The translations under genes and the position numbers were made by a program. Below, one piece after another: positions 37,166 through 51,882 of a stretch of DNA of 64,000 nucleotides. The stretch is from Marsupella aquatica. Its lineage: Eukaryota > Plantae > Marchantiophyta. The stretch is taken from contig OZ316896.1 in the NCBI GenBank assembly GCA_973895155.1, positions 620,001-684,000 of the forward strand. The letters run 5' to 3'. Position 1 is the first letter of the stretch; each line of letters starts with the position of its first letter. Below the pieces are notes generated by a model. It searched no databases, was not told the origin of the DNA, and was given only the letters and a program-made list of their open reading frames with translations.

Positions 37166-39956
37166 GCGATCCTGCGTCACGACGGGGCGGTATGCAATCG
37201 ACGAAGTCTGTCATCTAGCCTTAGTCTCCATCAATTCGATCCTGCAGGTGTTGTCCGAAGTTCTCTGTGTTTCCAAACAGGCCGTGCGAACCGCTAGGAC
37301 TTGGTCTCTAGCTCCTTCTGCAATACTGATTAAACCCACTTCTTCCAACCCATGAATAGTTCCAGTGCATATCAATGGAAGCTGAGAACGCGGGAGAGAA
37401 CGATGTTCCGTCAAACAGACCTGCTCATCAATCCACAGATTATTCGACTTCAATCTACTCACTCCAATCTTCGATCAAAAGACCTGGTCTCTCCTACTGG
37501 ATGCTGGGTTAAAGCCACGTCTTCCCGCCCGTACATAGTTCGAGTCTAGCGCTACCTGAGAAGCCAGCAATGTCCAATGTTCACTGTGCTGGATGAAGAG
37601 AACGCGGAATAGGACGATATTCCGTCGATCAAGCACACCTGCTCATCAATCCATAGACTTCAATCTACGAGTTCGAGCTCCCTCAAATCTGTGATCAACT
37701 GACTATCCACATATACTGGATAATCCACATTCTTCTGGGACTGAGAACCTTCTCGTTTCTAAAGGTTGCAAGTCGAAAGTTGCGTGAGAAGGAACGTCTT
37801 CAGTTAATCAATCGCTTGGGTTTCGACCTTCGATCACCAGTGAAGCGTCCACAGTCCAAAGTACACAAGCCAAAGCGAAAGTCACACCCGGCAGATCACT
37901 GTGATCACTCAAGTTCTCTGAGGAGAACTTGCATTGATTTCGTCTCACAGTTGCTGAGGCATTGATTTCGTCTCACAGTTGCTGAGTTGCTCTCATCATA
38001 GACGTGTCGAGCTCGGAAAGAGCTCGGAATGACCGGGCAAAGTTCACGACAAAAAGCTATGGTGACGTTGGAACTCGTATGCCCCTAGTGCACCATGACG
38101 ATACGGTGAGTGGCATCAAAACAGTTTTCATCAGCATTGCTGGGAAAGTCGGTACCTTATTTTTTCCATGGGCCTTACAATCAAAAATTGAAGGCACAAC
38201 AAAGAACCAAAATTTATCAAAAAGTAAAAACAACAAATGTACAAGCAAAGGTCTTGTTGTTCTTCATATTCTTTTCCATTCTGGTCCAACACTTATCAGA
38301 AATGGCTAAGTAACATAAAGGTAATGTATTGGATTGCAAATCCGGGTTTCCAAAACAAAAAAGGAATAGTCAGCTCTTAGATCCAATCTTTCACTTCTAG
38401 GCATTGACTATTAGTTTTGGTTTTGGAATTCCCATGATAGTAAACTGGCCAATGGGTTCTATTAGTGGGAGTTTGGGTTTCTCTTCAGCCTCTAACTGGC
38501 CTGTTTGGGGCTGTAGTTCAACCTTCTCTCCCACCTAGTATGCGTCCCTGTCTGATCCTTGCATATTGTCCCCTTGTGGCTACCATGTGGGTGGGGTGTA
38601 GTGGTGGGAGTATTGATTTCTTTTTGGTCACTGGATGGCCACTTTGGGGCCCTGGCTAGTTTAACCCACTTTGGGGCCCTAGTTCAACCTTCTCTTCCCT
38701 AGTATTGGTCCCTGTGGCTACCTTACTGTATGCTCCAAAGTAGACCATCTATCATATTTTGGATGGTTTGTTTTTGGTTTCAAGAGCACCTCCCCACCCC
38801 CAATTTTTTTAAAAAAAATAAAATATAGTCAGCAAAGAATTCAAAATATCTAAAAGGAACTTCTCGGAAAAAATTCAAGGACTTTTGGGACTACACGGTT
38901 TCTTTGGGTTGGGTAGGGATTGGCCAAGGGGTTAATTAAAACAGATCTTGAGGGGCCCCACAAGAAGGAGGTGGGTTCAACCTGCAAGTGAGAGGGAAAG
39001 ATCCTAATTCACTGCTCACCCAAGCCACATCATTGCACATATTTTCTATTCTCATTTCGAGGTATCTAAGAATGTCGCCAGAGACTATTTTTATTGACTT
39101 TCACTGACCCTAACAGCGGTAGTGTACGCGGCCCACAGTGTCGTTGGTGCTCCATTGAAAAAGTATACTAAATTAAACATAATGAGTTTTGCTTTTGGGG
39201 ACAAAGTTTCCTGGCAGCTCCCGCTTCCCAGGATTGGGTTCCATTGGGTTCCATTAGGGAGTCTCAAAGCATGGAAAATGGATGATGACATTTGTCATAA
39301 AGAATAGGTCATAACTTTTTCACAAGACTATGAATTTTTATTTATTTATTCTTTCACCAGCCTCTACATTGACTAAAGGTTATGGCAACCAATCCTTTTA
39401 TGACAAAAGTTATGGACTATGAATTCATAGTCCATAACTTTTTGTGTCCATAACTCATAAGTATGGAGTTAAGGTACGTCAACTTGACAGCTTTGAGACG
39501 CCCTATATTTGCCCTCCATCTCACCCTCCCCAACTTACCACCCCCCAGTGTGACACTCTCTTTCAACTACTGTCAGTAGCCAGTTGTCATGCATGTGCCA
39601 AGGGGCTTTTGCAAACTTCATTGTAATTCCATACTCTAAATATTGACCACCACTGTCCCCAACTTGTGGGGACACCCCAGAGTGGTTATATAGTCCACTT
39701 TCAAACGAACATTTCTTACTAGCTAGTTATGGTAATTTGGATCCCCAGGTTTTGCTTGGAGGACAGCGGCAGTTTAAATGGTCAAGACCCTACCTTCAAG
39801 CTTCTTGTAGATACTACTGTAGTGACCAACTTTTTGCTAGCTAAGGCACTAAAATCAGTCAACCTTTATTGAGTAACATCTACTCTAGGTGCCTTGAGCA
39901 TAACTATTCACGTACGGTCTTTGATGACCAGACTAATTTTGCTTATACAGCGGGGG

Positions 39957-40210
39957 AAGTTAGAATTGAGCTCTAGGCTTCTCGAGTGAAGTCTCTAGAC
40001 CGTGACTCTAGGGCCCCACCGTAATATATGTGCACAAAAAGGATGATGTTATGATATGTATGATTGTTAAAATGATGATGCCTAGGCATGTTGGTTTTTT
40101 AATCATTTCATTAACCTTCAAAGAATGAGAATAGTATATTTTGTTGACACATTTATTGTCCTCTCCTCTATTCACATTCAAAGAAGGGGTAGTCGGGACT
40201 AGTTGATGCA
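39957..40210 (+). repeat. Dispersed repeat family, copy 2 (homologous to 10960-11330)
   Basis: Shares the same blocks as 10960-11330, with an internal deletion relative to it. Confidence 0.65.
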
Positions 40211-40405
40211 CATTTGCAATTAGTGGACACTCTAACTGAACTACAGACGTTCTAAGATAATAAGTAATACAACAGAAAATCTTAATAAGACAAAATACTA
40301 AAAGGTGGATTGGCAATCTTCATAAGACAAAATACCGAGAGGTACGGTGGATTGGCCATATAGCAGTGTAAAAAATAACTATATGTCAAAACACTAACCT
40401 GGTGG

Positions 40406-40540
40406 AAAAGTGAGTACCAGCTAGGTTGTCATGTCAAACACCAACTGCATCATTCCCATAAACTAATGTTAAAAAAGTGAGTACCAGCTAGGTTGTCATG
40501 TCAAACACCAACTGCATCATTCCCATAAACTAATGTTAAA
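40406..40540. repeat. 67-bp perfect tandem duplication
   Basis: TGAGTACCAGCTAGGTTGTCATGTCAAACACCAACTGCATCATTCCCATAAACTAATGTTAAA starts at 40411 and 40478. Confidence 0.95.
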
Positions 40541-42676
40541 TACGCAAGTTTTAGAGCTACTAACTACCAAATTAATTAGAAGTGTTCACTGCCTTTTGTC
40601 TTCCATTGCCTGCCCACAATAAGAAAAGGGAGAAAAAAAAAAAAACCATGTCACTCATAAGAAAAAGATAAGATCTCCCTCTTCTCGGGCAACTGTGCTA
40701 AGACTTTGTAACTCCAGCCATGGCTATAGTCACCCATCTTGCATCCACAATATGGTGTCCTTGCCCTGGCTTACCCTCCCCAACAACAACTCTTTCACAG
40801 CAACATTGACAAAAAGGATAACATGTTTGTAACACACTTCTACACCTACAAACTTTGATTGTCTCACTTGCAACTTTTTGTTTCACCTCAATATTTTTGT
40901 GCAATTCACATCTGGGTATGGTTGTAGCAATGATTGCATGGTCATATTTGTATAATCTAATCATTAATTGTAGGCTTGGTGTTTTAATTGAATGATTGAG
41001 ATGACTGACTTGAGTAACTGAATAATTGAGATGACTTCTATTTTTGCACACTAATGCTGCACACTCGACACGGTGAGCGACTGTGAAACCATAGGATTCA
41101 AATTCCTCTCAGAAGAACAAATTTTGATAGTTAGACTAAGTATGCTTGTGAGAGTAAGAGCCCTTAGTGCCCTGCCTGTAATCACACATAAAAATGTGGT
41201 AATATAGTGTGTGCACGTGTGCACTCATTGATTTGAAGAAAGCACTTATTGATTTGAAGAAAATAAAGAGGTTTATCATGAGAACTCATTGATTTGAAGA
41301 AGATAATGAAGGTTTATCATGACAAATGTTATGGAGGAATGTTACACTATATGTCATATTTTGATGTGCAGTTACCAGACCCCCTGGCAGTGTATAAGGT
41401 GCACTCTCCACCCTTCATGTGCGTACGACATTGAAGCAGTCAAGCTAGTATGGTTCAGTTTTGACAGCAAGGTATTGCAGAGTCCGCATCTGGTGCGGGA
41501 TCTTGTGGAGCCTGTTGCAATGGTATTTGAGAGGGAATGTTGGTGCGTGATGGGTGGGAAGAAAAGAAGTGAGGACCCCAGGATCTAATGGAGCCTGTTG
41601 CAGTGGTATTTGAGAGGGAATGTTGGTGTGGAAGTAACTGGACAGCACGCTAGCTGTGTGATATTATCCTCCATAAATTCCAACTAGCATATTTGTGATC
41701 TTTACTATTATAATATGGGTGCTGGCTAGGTTTTCCGTCCATACTTAGGCACCCACCTCTCCATGCCTGCCGGCAAGAAGCTCCTGCGGCATATAAATTA
41801 ATGTATGCTGGCCGGTTTTAGATTGGTCTAGCTTGACTGTGGAATGGGTCTTGTAGAGTAACAAAAGTTTCAATTAATGAAAACAGGATTTTCCATTTAT
41901 GTTCCAAAGGGAATTTTAAGCTCGGGTGGAACCAATAGAAACATCAATTTTTAGTTGGATATCACCTGTTTCCAGTTCCCTGACCTACAGTGGAATACCA
42001 AGAAGTTTGTTCAATAAATTGGATGAACGTTGATAAGCATGCCATTTGTAACCTAGAAAAAAACAGTTGCCAAACAAAATCTCGATCATAGTTCCCGTGT
42101 AGACAATTTCCAAGAGTTGTAGTCTCTCAAGAAAAGTCCTGTGAGAAAACTATCCTGGATTCGGGTACCTCACATCCGATTTACAGGATTCAGATTGAGT
42201 AGACTGAGGGTACTGGAAATTACTAATAAGATAGAAATCACAGGGGCGCAGGCCGTCAATCAAATTGGAAAAAGTTGAAGATGGCTACCGGTATTTCTTT
42301 GTGACAATCCATAGAGCGTTTCGAAGATCTTCACCCGGTCTTGCGATGATCCGGGTGAAGATCTTCACAAGACCTTATCTCAAAAGGATCAGGTAACAAC
42401 TTACATCCAGCCGGCACTTGGACAGTCCATATCAAACAGAAACACAGACTTCACATAGCAAGCCCGGCCAGTGGATTCATGTCATCGTAGTATACATGTG
42501 CACCGTTGCGGGCAGGAACTAAATACAAATTAAAGCAATAAGCTTAATTGAACACAAAGGTAAAACGGATATTCAAGTCGGAGTCTGCGAACAAAACTAA
42601 GGGCGAAGGTAAGCCATATCATACTTCCGACTCTCTTAGACTTCGTTGGTCTTCAGGATCGGAAGCTCCACCATGG

Positions 42677-45600
42677 TTATCCCGAATTGAAGCTAAGTAC
42701 TGGGCTATCATCAACTACCACGCGGGTGGACCCTGCGAGATCTTCGAGATTGACAATAGAAGCTTCTCTGTCATCCTCATGAATAGTTGCATGATACTTG
42801 TCGTCATCAGTGTCCTTAACGCTCGAACAGAGTTCCAGTTCAACGGCCTCTGAAAGTTCGCGCACAACCTGGGCCATATTAGGCCTATTTGCTGATACTG
42901 GGTCGACGCTTCTTATGGCGACGGATAACACTTTCATCATAGACTTCTCCATAAATTCCCCATTCAAGGATGGGTCAACGATATCCATGAGGGCAGTCCC
43001 ATCATTTTCTTTGCTACGTACCTGAATATATCTGACATACACTCAAAAATAATTAACAACACCTTATTAGCTAGTTACTAATAATCCAGCCCTTGCGCTT
43101 CTGGGATCAATCTGGAACCAAGTAGCTGCAATATACGTCACCCTTCGTTATTTACGTGCAAAATTGCATCAATTTGACGCTCTTAAAAAGTTCATGTGCG
43201 TACGCGCAGAGTATGCAGTCAGATTACAAGAAACTTTCCTAGACATAGGAGAATAAAGGGGAAAAAACAGAGATAATTATTTACAAATGACCTTACGATG
43301 CTTGAATTAATTACGGCCCCAAAGCAGCGCAAGAGATAACGCAGGCAGAGAAAGAGGGAGGGATAGGTGAGGGAGGGATAGGTAGGAAGGGATCGAGCAG
43401 AGCCTGCAGAAACGAATTGGCGAGACTATCCCTGTTTTTGATCGCATGGGATCTAGGAGCTCATGGGAAGTCAACACAGGTACATCTATGCAACGTCATA
43501 TGTCATCACCCCGGACTTCGGTGCAACTTGAATTCTAGGAAAGCTTCTATACAAACTTACCCATTCGATGATAGTCTTAGTCGTACCATCTGGAAGTTCC
43601 GCAACATGAGGACGGCGACCAGAAACTATCTCCAGGAGAACCACCCCAAAACTGTACACGTCGCTCTTTGGAGTTAACCTTTGCGTGACGAAGTACCTGC
43701 ATCAAATTCCGTTTGCATTGCAATCGAGATTGCAATTCCATGCTGAACTCCGGGCATTATTTAGCCTGTAGACGTATGATTTTTAGAAGCTACAAGTCGA
43801 AAACAATTTGTCTACAGTCGGTTATTTCTTGCAAGACACCTGCACTTCGATGAACGTGTAATGAAAGAAAAATTGGCTCGGTCAATTGATGGGGTTTGAT
43901 TTCGTACTCTGGATCCATGTAACCAATCGTGCCCTTCAAGACGGTATCAACGCCGCTGAATATCCCTTCAGGGGCCTGCTTCGAAATTCCGAAATCCGCA
44001 ACCTTGGCTACCATGTTTACATCTAGCAGTATATTGTTGCTCTTGACGTCACGATGAATAATCCGAGGATGACAGTCCGTATGCAGATAGTCGAGCCCTA
44101 GAACAAATAACGAGAAGCAGAGGAATTGAAGTATTATGGCAACAGACTAAAAGAATGAAGATAAACCTCAATTAGTAACTGGAGAGATTCAATTTCATCT
44201 AAAGTATGAATCTAAAGTGGGTGGTATGATCCATATGTAAAATTGATGCCTAGTGGTATGATCCATATTGCATAGTATCCAACCTTCAATGCATCCTTGT
44301 GTGTTGACAGTGATTAGAGATTACAATGCAAAATTTTCATTCATGAAATACCTTCTGCAAGTTCTGTACCCACTACTTTCAAATAACTCGGACGAACTTT
44401 TGCATATGTAGGTGTCCTTTCCAGATCACATGTGATTAATCAAGACATAGACGAGTTCTTCTAGCCAGGTTTAATTATCGAGTGCTTAGGTCACCTTTTG
44501 CTGAGTTTAGAGCAATGTCAAGTCTTGTAGTCCAGTCCAGATGCTTCCCTGGATTGTCACCTACAAGATCGAAAACAGTATTAGATTTCCACGATTATAA
44601 TATTCCCTCGTGCGAGTGATGTACACCGAAAAGGACTTTTTCTTCAAATTAACGAGGAGCCTGAATAGCAGCTGATATCAAGAAGTTCCGTGCTTAAATG
44701 TCATATGGTCGATGTCACGGATGCAGAACAGGAATAGTTTACAAACGTGAGATATATACGTACCGTACAGGTGGTCACTAAGAGTCCCGTTACAAAAATA
44801 AACGTAGATGAGAATTTGCTGGTTCTCTTCTTCACAGTATCCAACCAGTTCCACTAGGTTCCTGTGATGTATACGTGAGAGTAAATCAACCTGACAATGT
44901 ACAGGACATAGATGGATTGCATATTGTTACCTACAGCCAGCTTTCTTGCCCGAGGCATCAGAGAACAAGATGAGGCGGCCGATCAGATATTACTCCATAG
45001 AAGATAACAATCTAGAGGGTTAATTCCTGGAAACTAATTCTTAAAGTTCTGTGATGTGCGGATTCGAATTAACCATGTACATATGACTGAATTAAAGCAT
45101 TGGTTCCAAACAAACCTCGCTAAAAAACTCCGTGGTTCCTTGATGAGAATCACTTTTCTTCACTTTCAAGGCCACTTCTTGCCCATTCAAAAGCTTTCCA
45201 TAGTACACCGGCCCGAATGCACCTTCTCCAATTTTCTTCGAGAATTTTTTTGTCGCGTCGCTCACCTCTTGTAACGTTAGCAAGGCCATGGATGTTGGTA
45301 AAGCTTTCCTAGCTGTACTTAAGGATAGCTCCGAAGGATCTTGCTTCTCTGTAGACACACCAATTCAATTTAAAAAGGACTTCATAAATTCTCCAAGAAA
45401 AGTGTCGACAAGATGTTTTGAACGAATTTGTATACGTGCATGTTTCGCCAATGATTCAATCTACAGATCGTTGAGCACGCGAAGAGCGTTGTAAACTGGA
45501 ATTAAATTATCGCAGATCCTCATGATGAAGTGAACATTGCATTCCGTTCGCAAAGACTGAACTAGATCTGATATACAATTAAGATTGCAACGAAACGTGA

Positions 45601-48600
45601 ATACAAACCACTCTAGTGAATATACTGTGCGTTGCACATTTAGTTAGACACAGCCAGGGAGGCAATGATGTATTTCTTGACAAGGAAGGGAGCAATTATC
45701 GACAGGATACCCAAGTACTGACCAGTTTTTCCTATTGCTCTGACGATGCTCAGTGTAGACCTCCTTCCTCTCCTACAAAGCATCCAAAAGATCACAACCG
45801 CTATAGCGAGTGCAACAAGACCGCCGAGGATACCGCCCACAATAGCTCCGGTGTTCGAACTTGAGGCGGGACTTGAGGTTGTTGGGGTGGAAGGTGCATT
45901 TGTCGGCGGATACACACCACAACCAGGGATTGTACATTTTGGGTTGTTCAAAACCCTGCATCAATCCATTACAGCGTTCTAGAATGATCTGTTGGAAGAT
46001 GCCTTAATAGCTCCAGAATAATTAGAAGGGGACCGTTTTGTACCAGACATATAATCATGTTCGGAAACTCTTTGGTCTTTATAGTTAGATATACGAAGAA
46101 GCATTCGAAGAGTAAGGACTCCAAGTCACACAAAAGTATACACCAATTACCGGGCAACTTATTCCAGTCCTATATAGAACCAGTTACTTAGAAGGGTTGG
46201 CACTAGGTTATACTAGAATACATGGATATATCTAGGTTATGAATAACTGAACCGTTGTTCATCACTTGTAAAAAATTGAGGGGGTCGCCTTCATAGAACT
46301 CCGTAGATGAATTAATAAACTCACGTGAAGTTCAATCCTGGTTTGTTGAGATTCGAGGGCACTGCTCCACTGAAATTATTGTTGTCCAAGTTCCTGTGCA
46401 TATAAAATGGTCCAAAAAGTCGAAGTAAGGTAAGAGTTTAAGTTGGAAGGAAAGTTAGGGAATCGCCAGCCTTGATTGTAATTTTGTCAAACTTGTAGCT
46501 CGAGAACGTACGAAGCACGTCTGTCCCTTTATCCAAGGCGTCAATGGTAGGGCAGACTCGAACAGACAGCAAAATCTTTGCACAGTTCAATGATGAATTG
46601 GAGTTACTGTGCATAACAAATCCTGGATTGTAGCTCGATCGGGCCAGGCCATTCTTAGGTATGTCAATAGCCAGTTACATTACGATAAGACTGTTCTCAG
46701 GCGATAGGTTCGCCAGTACGCACTACCTTTCCAACTGAGGTGCAACTTAATAGTAAACCGTAACCTAGGAAGGGCAGCTGACAATGGCTCGCACTACTCG
46801 ACATTTCTAAACCACCCAGGCCAATTTCGACTTACAGTTGGGTTAGATTCGGGAGCGAAATGCCGAGAAAAGTGGGAATATCGCCTCTCAAATCGTTCTC
46901 TTGTAAATATCTGTAATCCAACTTTCAACAAACGAATTTTAAGTAAGATACAAATACTTGGGAACGTAAATTATAAGAACTACAGTAGATAAGTTGACCA
47001 TTTGGAACAAAACACACCAACCCTCACACTTTTGAAGCTAATGTGATGATTCAAACTTGCTTACACTGCAGACTGAACGGGCATCGGCTGTTAATTGAAG
47101 GTTTGTTGAATCAACTATACAGTGAAGATAAAAGCTCAACCACAGATTTGATCGCGCTACTAAGACAGTTCTAAGTTCCGTCAGACAATAAATTAAATGT
47201 GGACATCTTCTCCAAAAGAATTCAAAATGCAGGGAGAGGCAGAGGTCGAAGCTCGATTGTCAGGCACTTACATAACTTCAAGATGCGTGAGAGAGCTCCA
47301 GTCTGGGATCGAACCCGTGAAGCTGTTGTTACTCAGTGTCCTGAGAAACACATAAGAATGACTTAGCTATACAAGCACGTGGCTTAATTGGCCTGAGACA
47401 ATGCGAAGATCCGATGTACTACCTTCCAATGAATGCGTACATCCAACACGGGTGGCACATAAAATTTTGAACTGCGTGTACATCAACTACAGTAGCTTAA
47501 TCCAGTGAGCTGAAGAATGTCTCCCCCTTACGTCTGTATAATTAGCCCAAGCAGAGATTAAAGCTTGCATATATGCGATACTCGTGGGATAAATAGAAAC
47601 AGAGTATGCATTCATATCATGACATGTAGAAGGTACTTGGCATCTTTGTGAGCTAGATATACAAATCGTCCGTAGTGGACCTTGACTCACGAATGCCGAG
47701 GGAACCTGAAACTCTTAAGACTTCTGTGTGTGAAATCCATCCATATTCCATACTTTAGATGTAGTTTTTCTGCAGAACCCTTTCTGGTACACTTTCTTCT
47801 TAGTGGTGGCAACTGGACTACGTGCATCGATTATTTTCATACATCACAATGCGTTGTAACAACTTCTTCACTTCGAAACTAGTGCCCATGGCGTGAGATG
47901 AAATGAAGAATTGCTTAGTTTGTTCTGTCCGAGATCGAGGAACAAGAGACCATGAGACCTACAATTTACTAAAGCTACCCAGCGATATCATGAAAATTAA
48001 AGAATTTCGTAGCACCTCGTTAGCCGCTCCATATTTTTGCTACTGATAGCGCTCTCTTTCAAATGCTATATCAACGTATGTAAGCTCCATTTTCTACTGT
48101 TAATCATCAATTGTTTTTTTTCTAAGTTGACAAACATACGGTGTCATGAAGGGTTTACTTTTGATGTCAGGATATAACTTACAGGTTAGTCAACTCTGTG
48201 AGAAACGAAATCTCCCCCGGGATACTCCCTCCGAATCCTTGATGTCCTAGATACCTGTTAAAAATAAAATACAAAAGTTATATGTTTTCTTGGTATCAAA
48301 ACACCCGTAAACATTTGGCTCTCGAAAAGCTGTACAGGTCATATGATAACCGAAGCTAGACGACCGCAGTGAGTCTGATGCCGTGCACCCGCACAGCTCG
48401 CTTACCGGTTTGAAATTAGAACTGAAATGAAAGATCATGTGCGATAGATAAAATACTAAACACTCACAGCGCGGTTATACGTGGAGAAACATCGTTATTG
48501 CAACTCAACCAGTCAAATGGTCGGGGAAGACACGGATCACCAATCCAATCACTTAAATTTAGGGCGGTTTGGAGAACACCAAGATTGGTCACTGCGCATA

Positions 48601-51285
48601 CGAGTGATAAAATGCCATTTTAGAACGCTTTCCACAACAACATTTAATTTAAGATGCAGTGTTGAGGCAATCACTAATTGATCTCATGTGCACGCGATCG
48701 ATCACAATCGACGATATCTTTTGTGCGATAACTCTTCAAAGTCCGATTATTCTCCGAGAAGACTCACCATCTTGAGGATTAGTAGCATTCTTGGTATAAG
48801 GGATTAAAGCATAGATCTCGTAGGCATTTAAGATCGGCCCAAAGTTGGATGAGTTGCTTTGTTCAACGGCGACAGTCAAATTGCTGTTCGAACTCATTAC
48901 AGTGGAATAAATCTCCAAAGGATCCAAGCTGCTGAATACATAAGTCAACTGATTGTTCAAAGAGTAATTAATTCCCCGGAAATTGGTCGCAGACATATTG
49001 CTGTCCAGCTCCTGGAAGTACGCAGCAACGTAAACATTATACCCTGGTCCTTGTCCGGGGTTTATCTGTACTGCATCATATGTGACCGCAAAATAGCTGG
49101 GCTCGTACCAGGCAGTCTGCATCACCGCTAGTGGCGGTTGATCCTCTTCGTGATACGAAAAATAGCTGACAGGTGTATTGGGATTACTCATCGTAGCAAA
49201 CTTATCATTTGTACCGAATAAATGCCAGATCCTGTCGTAAGAATCATCTGGGAATCTGTGATTGCCAAAATTCCACATCTATGAGAGCAAGTAGCAGATA
49301 AGGAAAAGCAAAAGAGAGATACACCATCAACAGGCAGGATCATTCCTGAGCACCTTGCATTCACATAGGCCAACATTGTGTTGTTAACGTACGGACCTAC
49401 ATCTAGCTACCCAGACGGTTCAAGTGCGTGCGCGAAAAGGACTTGCATATGAACATGTCTACTAAAAAAACAGCAAACTATACTTAGCTGTGACAACACA
49501 GACAAATCAAGAAGACACAGGAAACAAGCTCAAATAGCTGGCCCAGATGTTGTTTTGGGAACACCCAGATTAATTTCCATACCTCCACGACTGGATGGGC
49601 CCCGTTTCAGGTGGTCCACAATTAACTCTGTACATAGTGTCGAGCCAATATGGTGTCAGTCCTGGCCCTATCACGGAAGAGTACATGCCGGGTGCGAGCC
49701 GTCTAAGCTCCAACGCGGATATAAAGGTTGGTCCTTCAATTCGAGCCAGGCATACATCTAAAAATCTTTTAGGAACAGAATATATCATCTCGTGAACATT
49801 TGAAAAGTAACGATTGGTATCTGCACAAACCCATTCAATAATCAGAGCAAACCCACAATCCACACCCTACTACTGCTGCATACTCAAGGATTAACCTACA
49901 CTCGACAGTGAGTATTTTCTTCTCAAAAAGAGAATCCACAAGCCGTGCATCTGGCTTGAGGGCAAAACCCTCAGTCTACAGTGAGTACTTGAAGCATACA
50001 TGTATCCCTTGTTCAGGTAAGTGATTTTCAATCGCTCCCGACAAAGTGTCCTACTTCGACGGGTCTAAATGTAAAGAAGATTCTCACGCTTTCGAAGTTT
50101 TGTTAGTAGAAACACTAGCAACCTGGTACCTAATGTCTCCAAGAATCTAGGTATGAGTGGGATTTGTACTACCTCTAATTTCGTATGATAAATACTTATC
50201 TTGAACTCATCTATTATTGCAGACGTTTAGATTATCCCAAACATTTTCCTACGAGAACATTCCTAAGCGAATTACAAGATTTAGACGAATATAACTTCGT
50301 GCACTACAACGCCCTTGGCGTCTCCCGACAAACCTTCGACACCGGCCTCCAAAGCCCCGGCTCAAAGCTTAGCTTGGATAAAATAAGACGTGTATATATT
50401 TTCGCTGCTCACCTAAAAAATCTAGCTTCAGAGCATGTAAAAGTTATATAATTATCTCATCTCATCAATCTCCAATTCAACCTGGGACACCCACGGTCGG
50501 TACGATTTGCGAAATAACAGGGTAGTGCTTACTTGTGTTCCATTCCAAGTTCAACCAATTGAGGTGGTCCACATACACTTCGAAAGAGCCAAAGCTACTC
50601 TCGCTTAAGTTCCCAAAGTAGAACGTTGCGCGCAGAAGATAGGTTGATCCTGTCTGCACAGGCAAGGAATAGCAGTTTCTGGTGCGTGTCGTATCGAAAT
50701 ATCTGAGAGTCGCCACTTGCCGCTCGTTCACGGGAGAGCCACTATCATTTTTGACCAAGATGTTAACATTGGTTCCCACTGTCTTGCTGTAAGTAGCATC
50801 CTTCACCCAAGGGATCCCCGTGTCATCCGTGTAATTTGAATTACTCCCACAGTCAACACTCAGAAATCCTGCAAAAGAGAAAACAACTCAGTCAATATGA
50901 ATTTGAGTTGATGTGCAAAGAGAGCAATCGGCAGAAATCCTACAAACAAGGAGACAATTTAGTCTACGTGATTTTGAATTGATGTTCAAGGAGAGCAATC
51001 TGAATACAGTGGTACTCCATCAAACGTCAATTTTGTCGAGTAATGGAACACCTGGTATTCCCCAAAAGCTTTACTTTTGAATCGAAGTGACCACATCAAT
51101 GGGCAAGAATAACATCGCAGGCTACAATGACAATCGCTAAACATCACAACTACCTTGCAAATGAATAAAACGTACTCACCCGATTGGCTTTTAACAGGAG
51201 AGACCCAAGCGACGCAAATGAGCAGCATAAACCCAAGCCAAAGACTTCGGCTGCTTCGTCCCTCGAGGATCTTCATGATCACCAT
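42677..51285 (-). CDS. Malectin-like-domain LRR receptor-like kinase, copy B, ~16 exons
   Basis: Same exon series as copy A, offset by ~14.0-14.1 kb. ATG at 51285. [11 protein letters not shown] and [10 protein letters not shown] are intact. The indels seen relative to A are in frame, and the C-terminal tail differs (…[10 protein letters not shown]). Confidence 0.9.
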
Positions 51286-51882
51286 GCGATCCTGCGTCAC
51301 GACGGGGCGGTATCCAATCGACGAAGTCTGTCATCTCGCCTTAGTCTCCATCAAGTTGTACAAAGTTTACTGTAGTTCCAAACAAGCGCGTGCGAACTGC
51401 TGGGACTCGGTCTCTAACTCCAGTAGGATACTGATGAAATCCACTTCTTCCCGCCCATGAATAGTTCGAGTGCATATATCAAAGGCAGCTGAGAACGCGG
51501 GAGAGAACGATGTTCCGTCAAATAGACTTGCTCATCAATCTAATCCACTGCTTATTCCACTTACGTCTAGTCCCTCAAATCTTGATCAAAAGACTTGGTT
51601 CCTCCTACTGGCTAGCTGCTGGTTGAATCCACGTCTTCCTGCCCAGGCATGAATACTTCGAGTGTACATAGCTAAGAAAGCGGGAGCGAACGATATTCCG
51701 CCAAGTAGACATGCTCATCAATCCACTGAGTGTTCACCTTCAATCTACTCGATCCCTCAACTCTTTGATCAAATGCCCCGGGCGGTCTCTCTTACTAGGT
51801 GCTTGTCAAAGCGTCGTCTTCCCGTCCATATGTAAATAGTTTGAGTCTAGCGCCAGCTGAGAGGCCAGCTATAGTATGTCCC

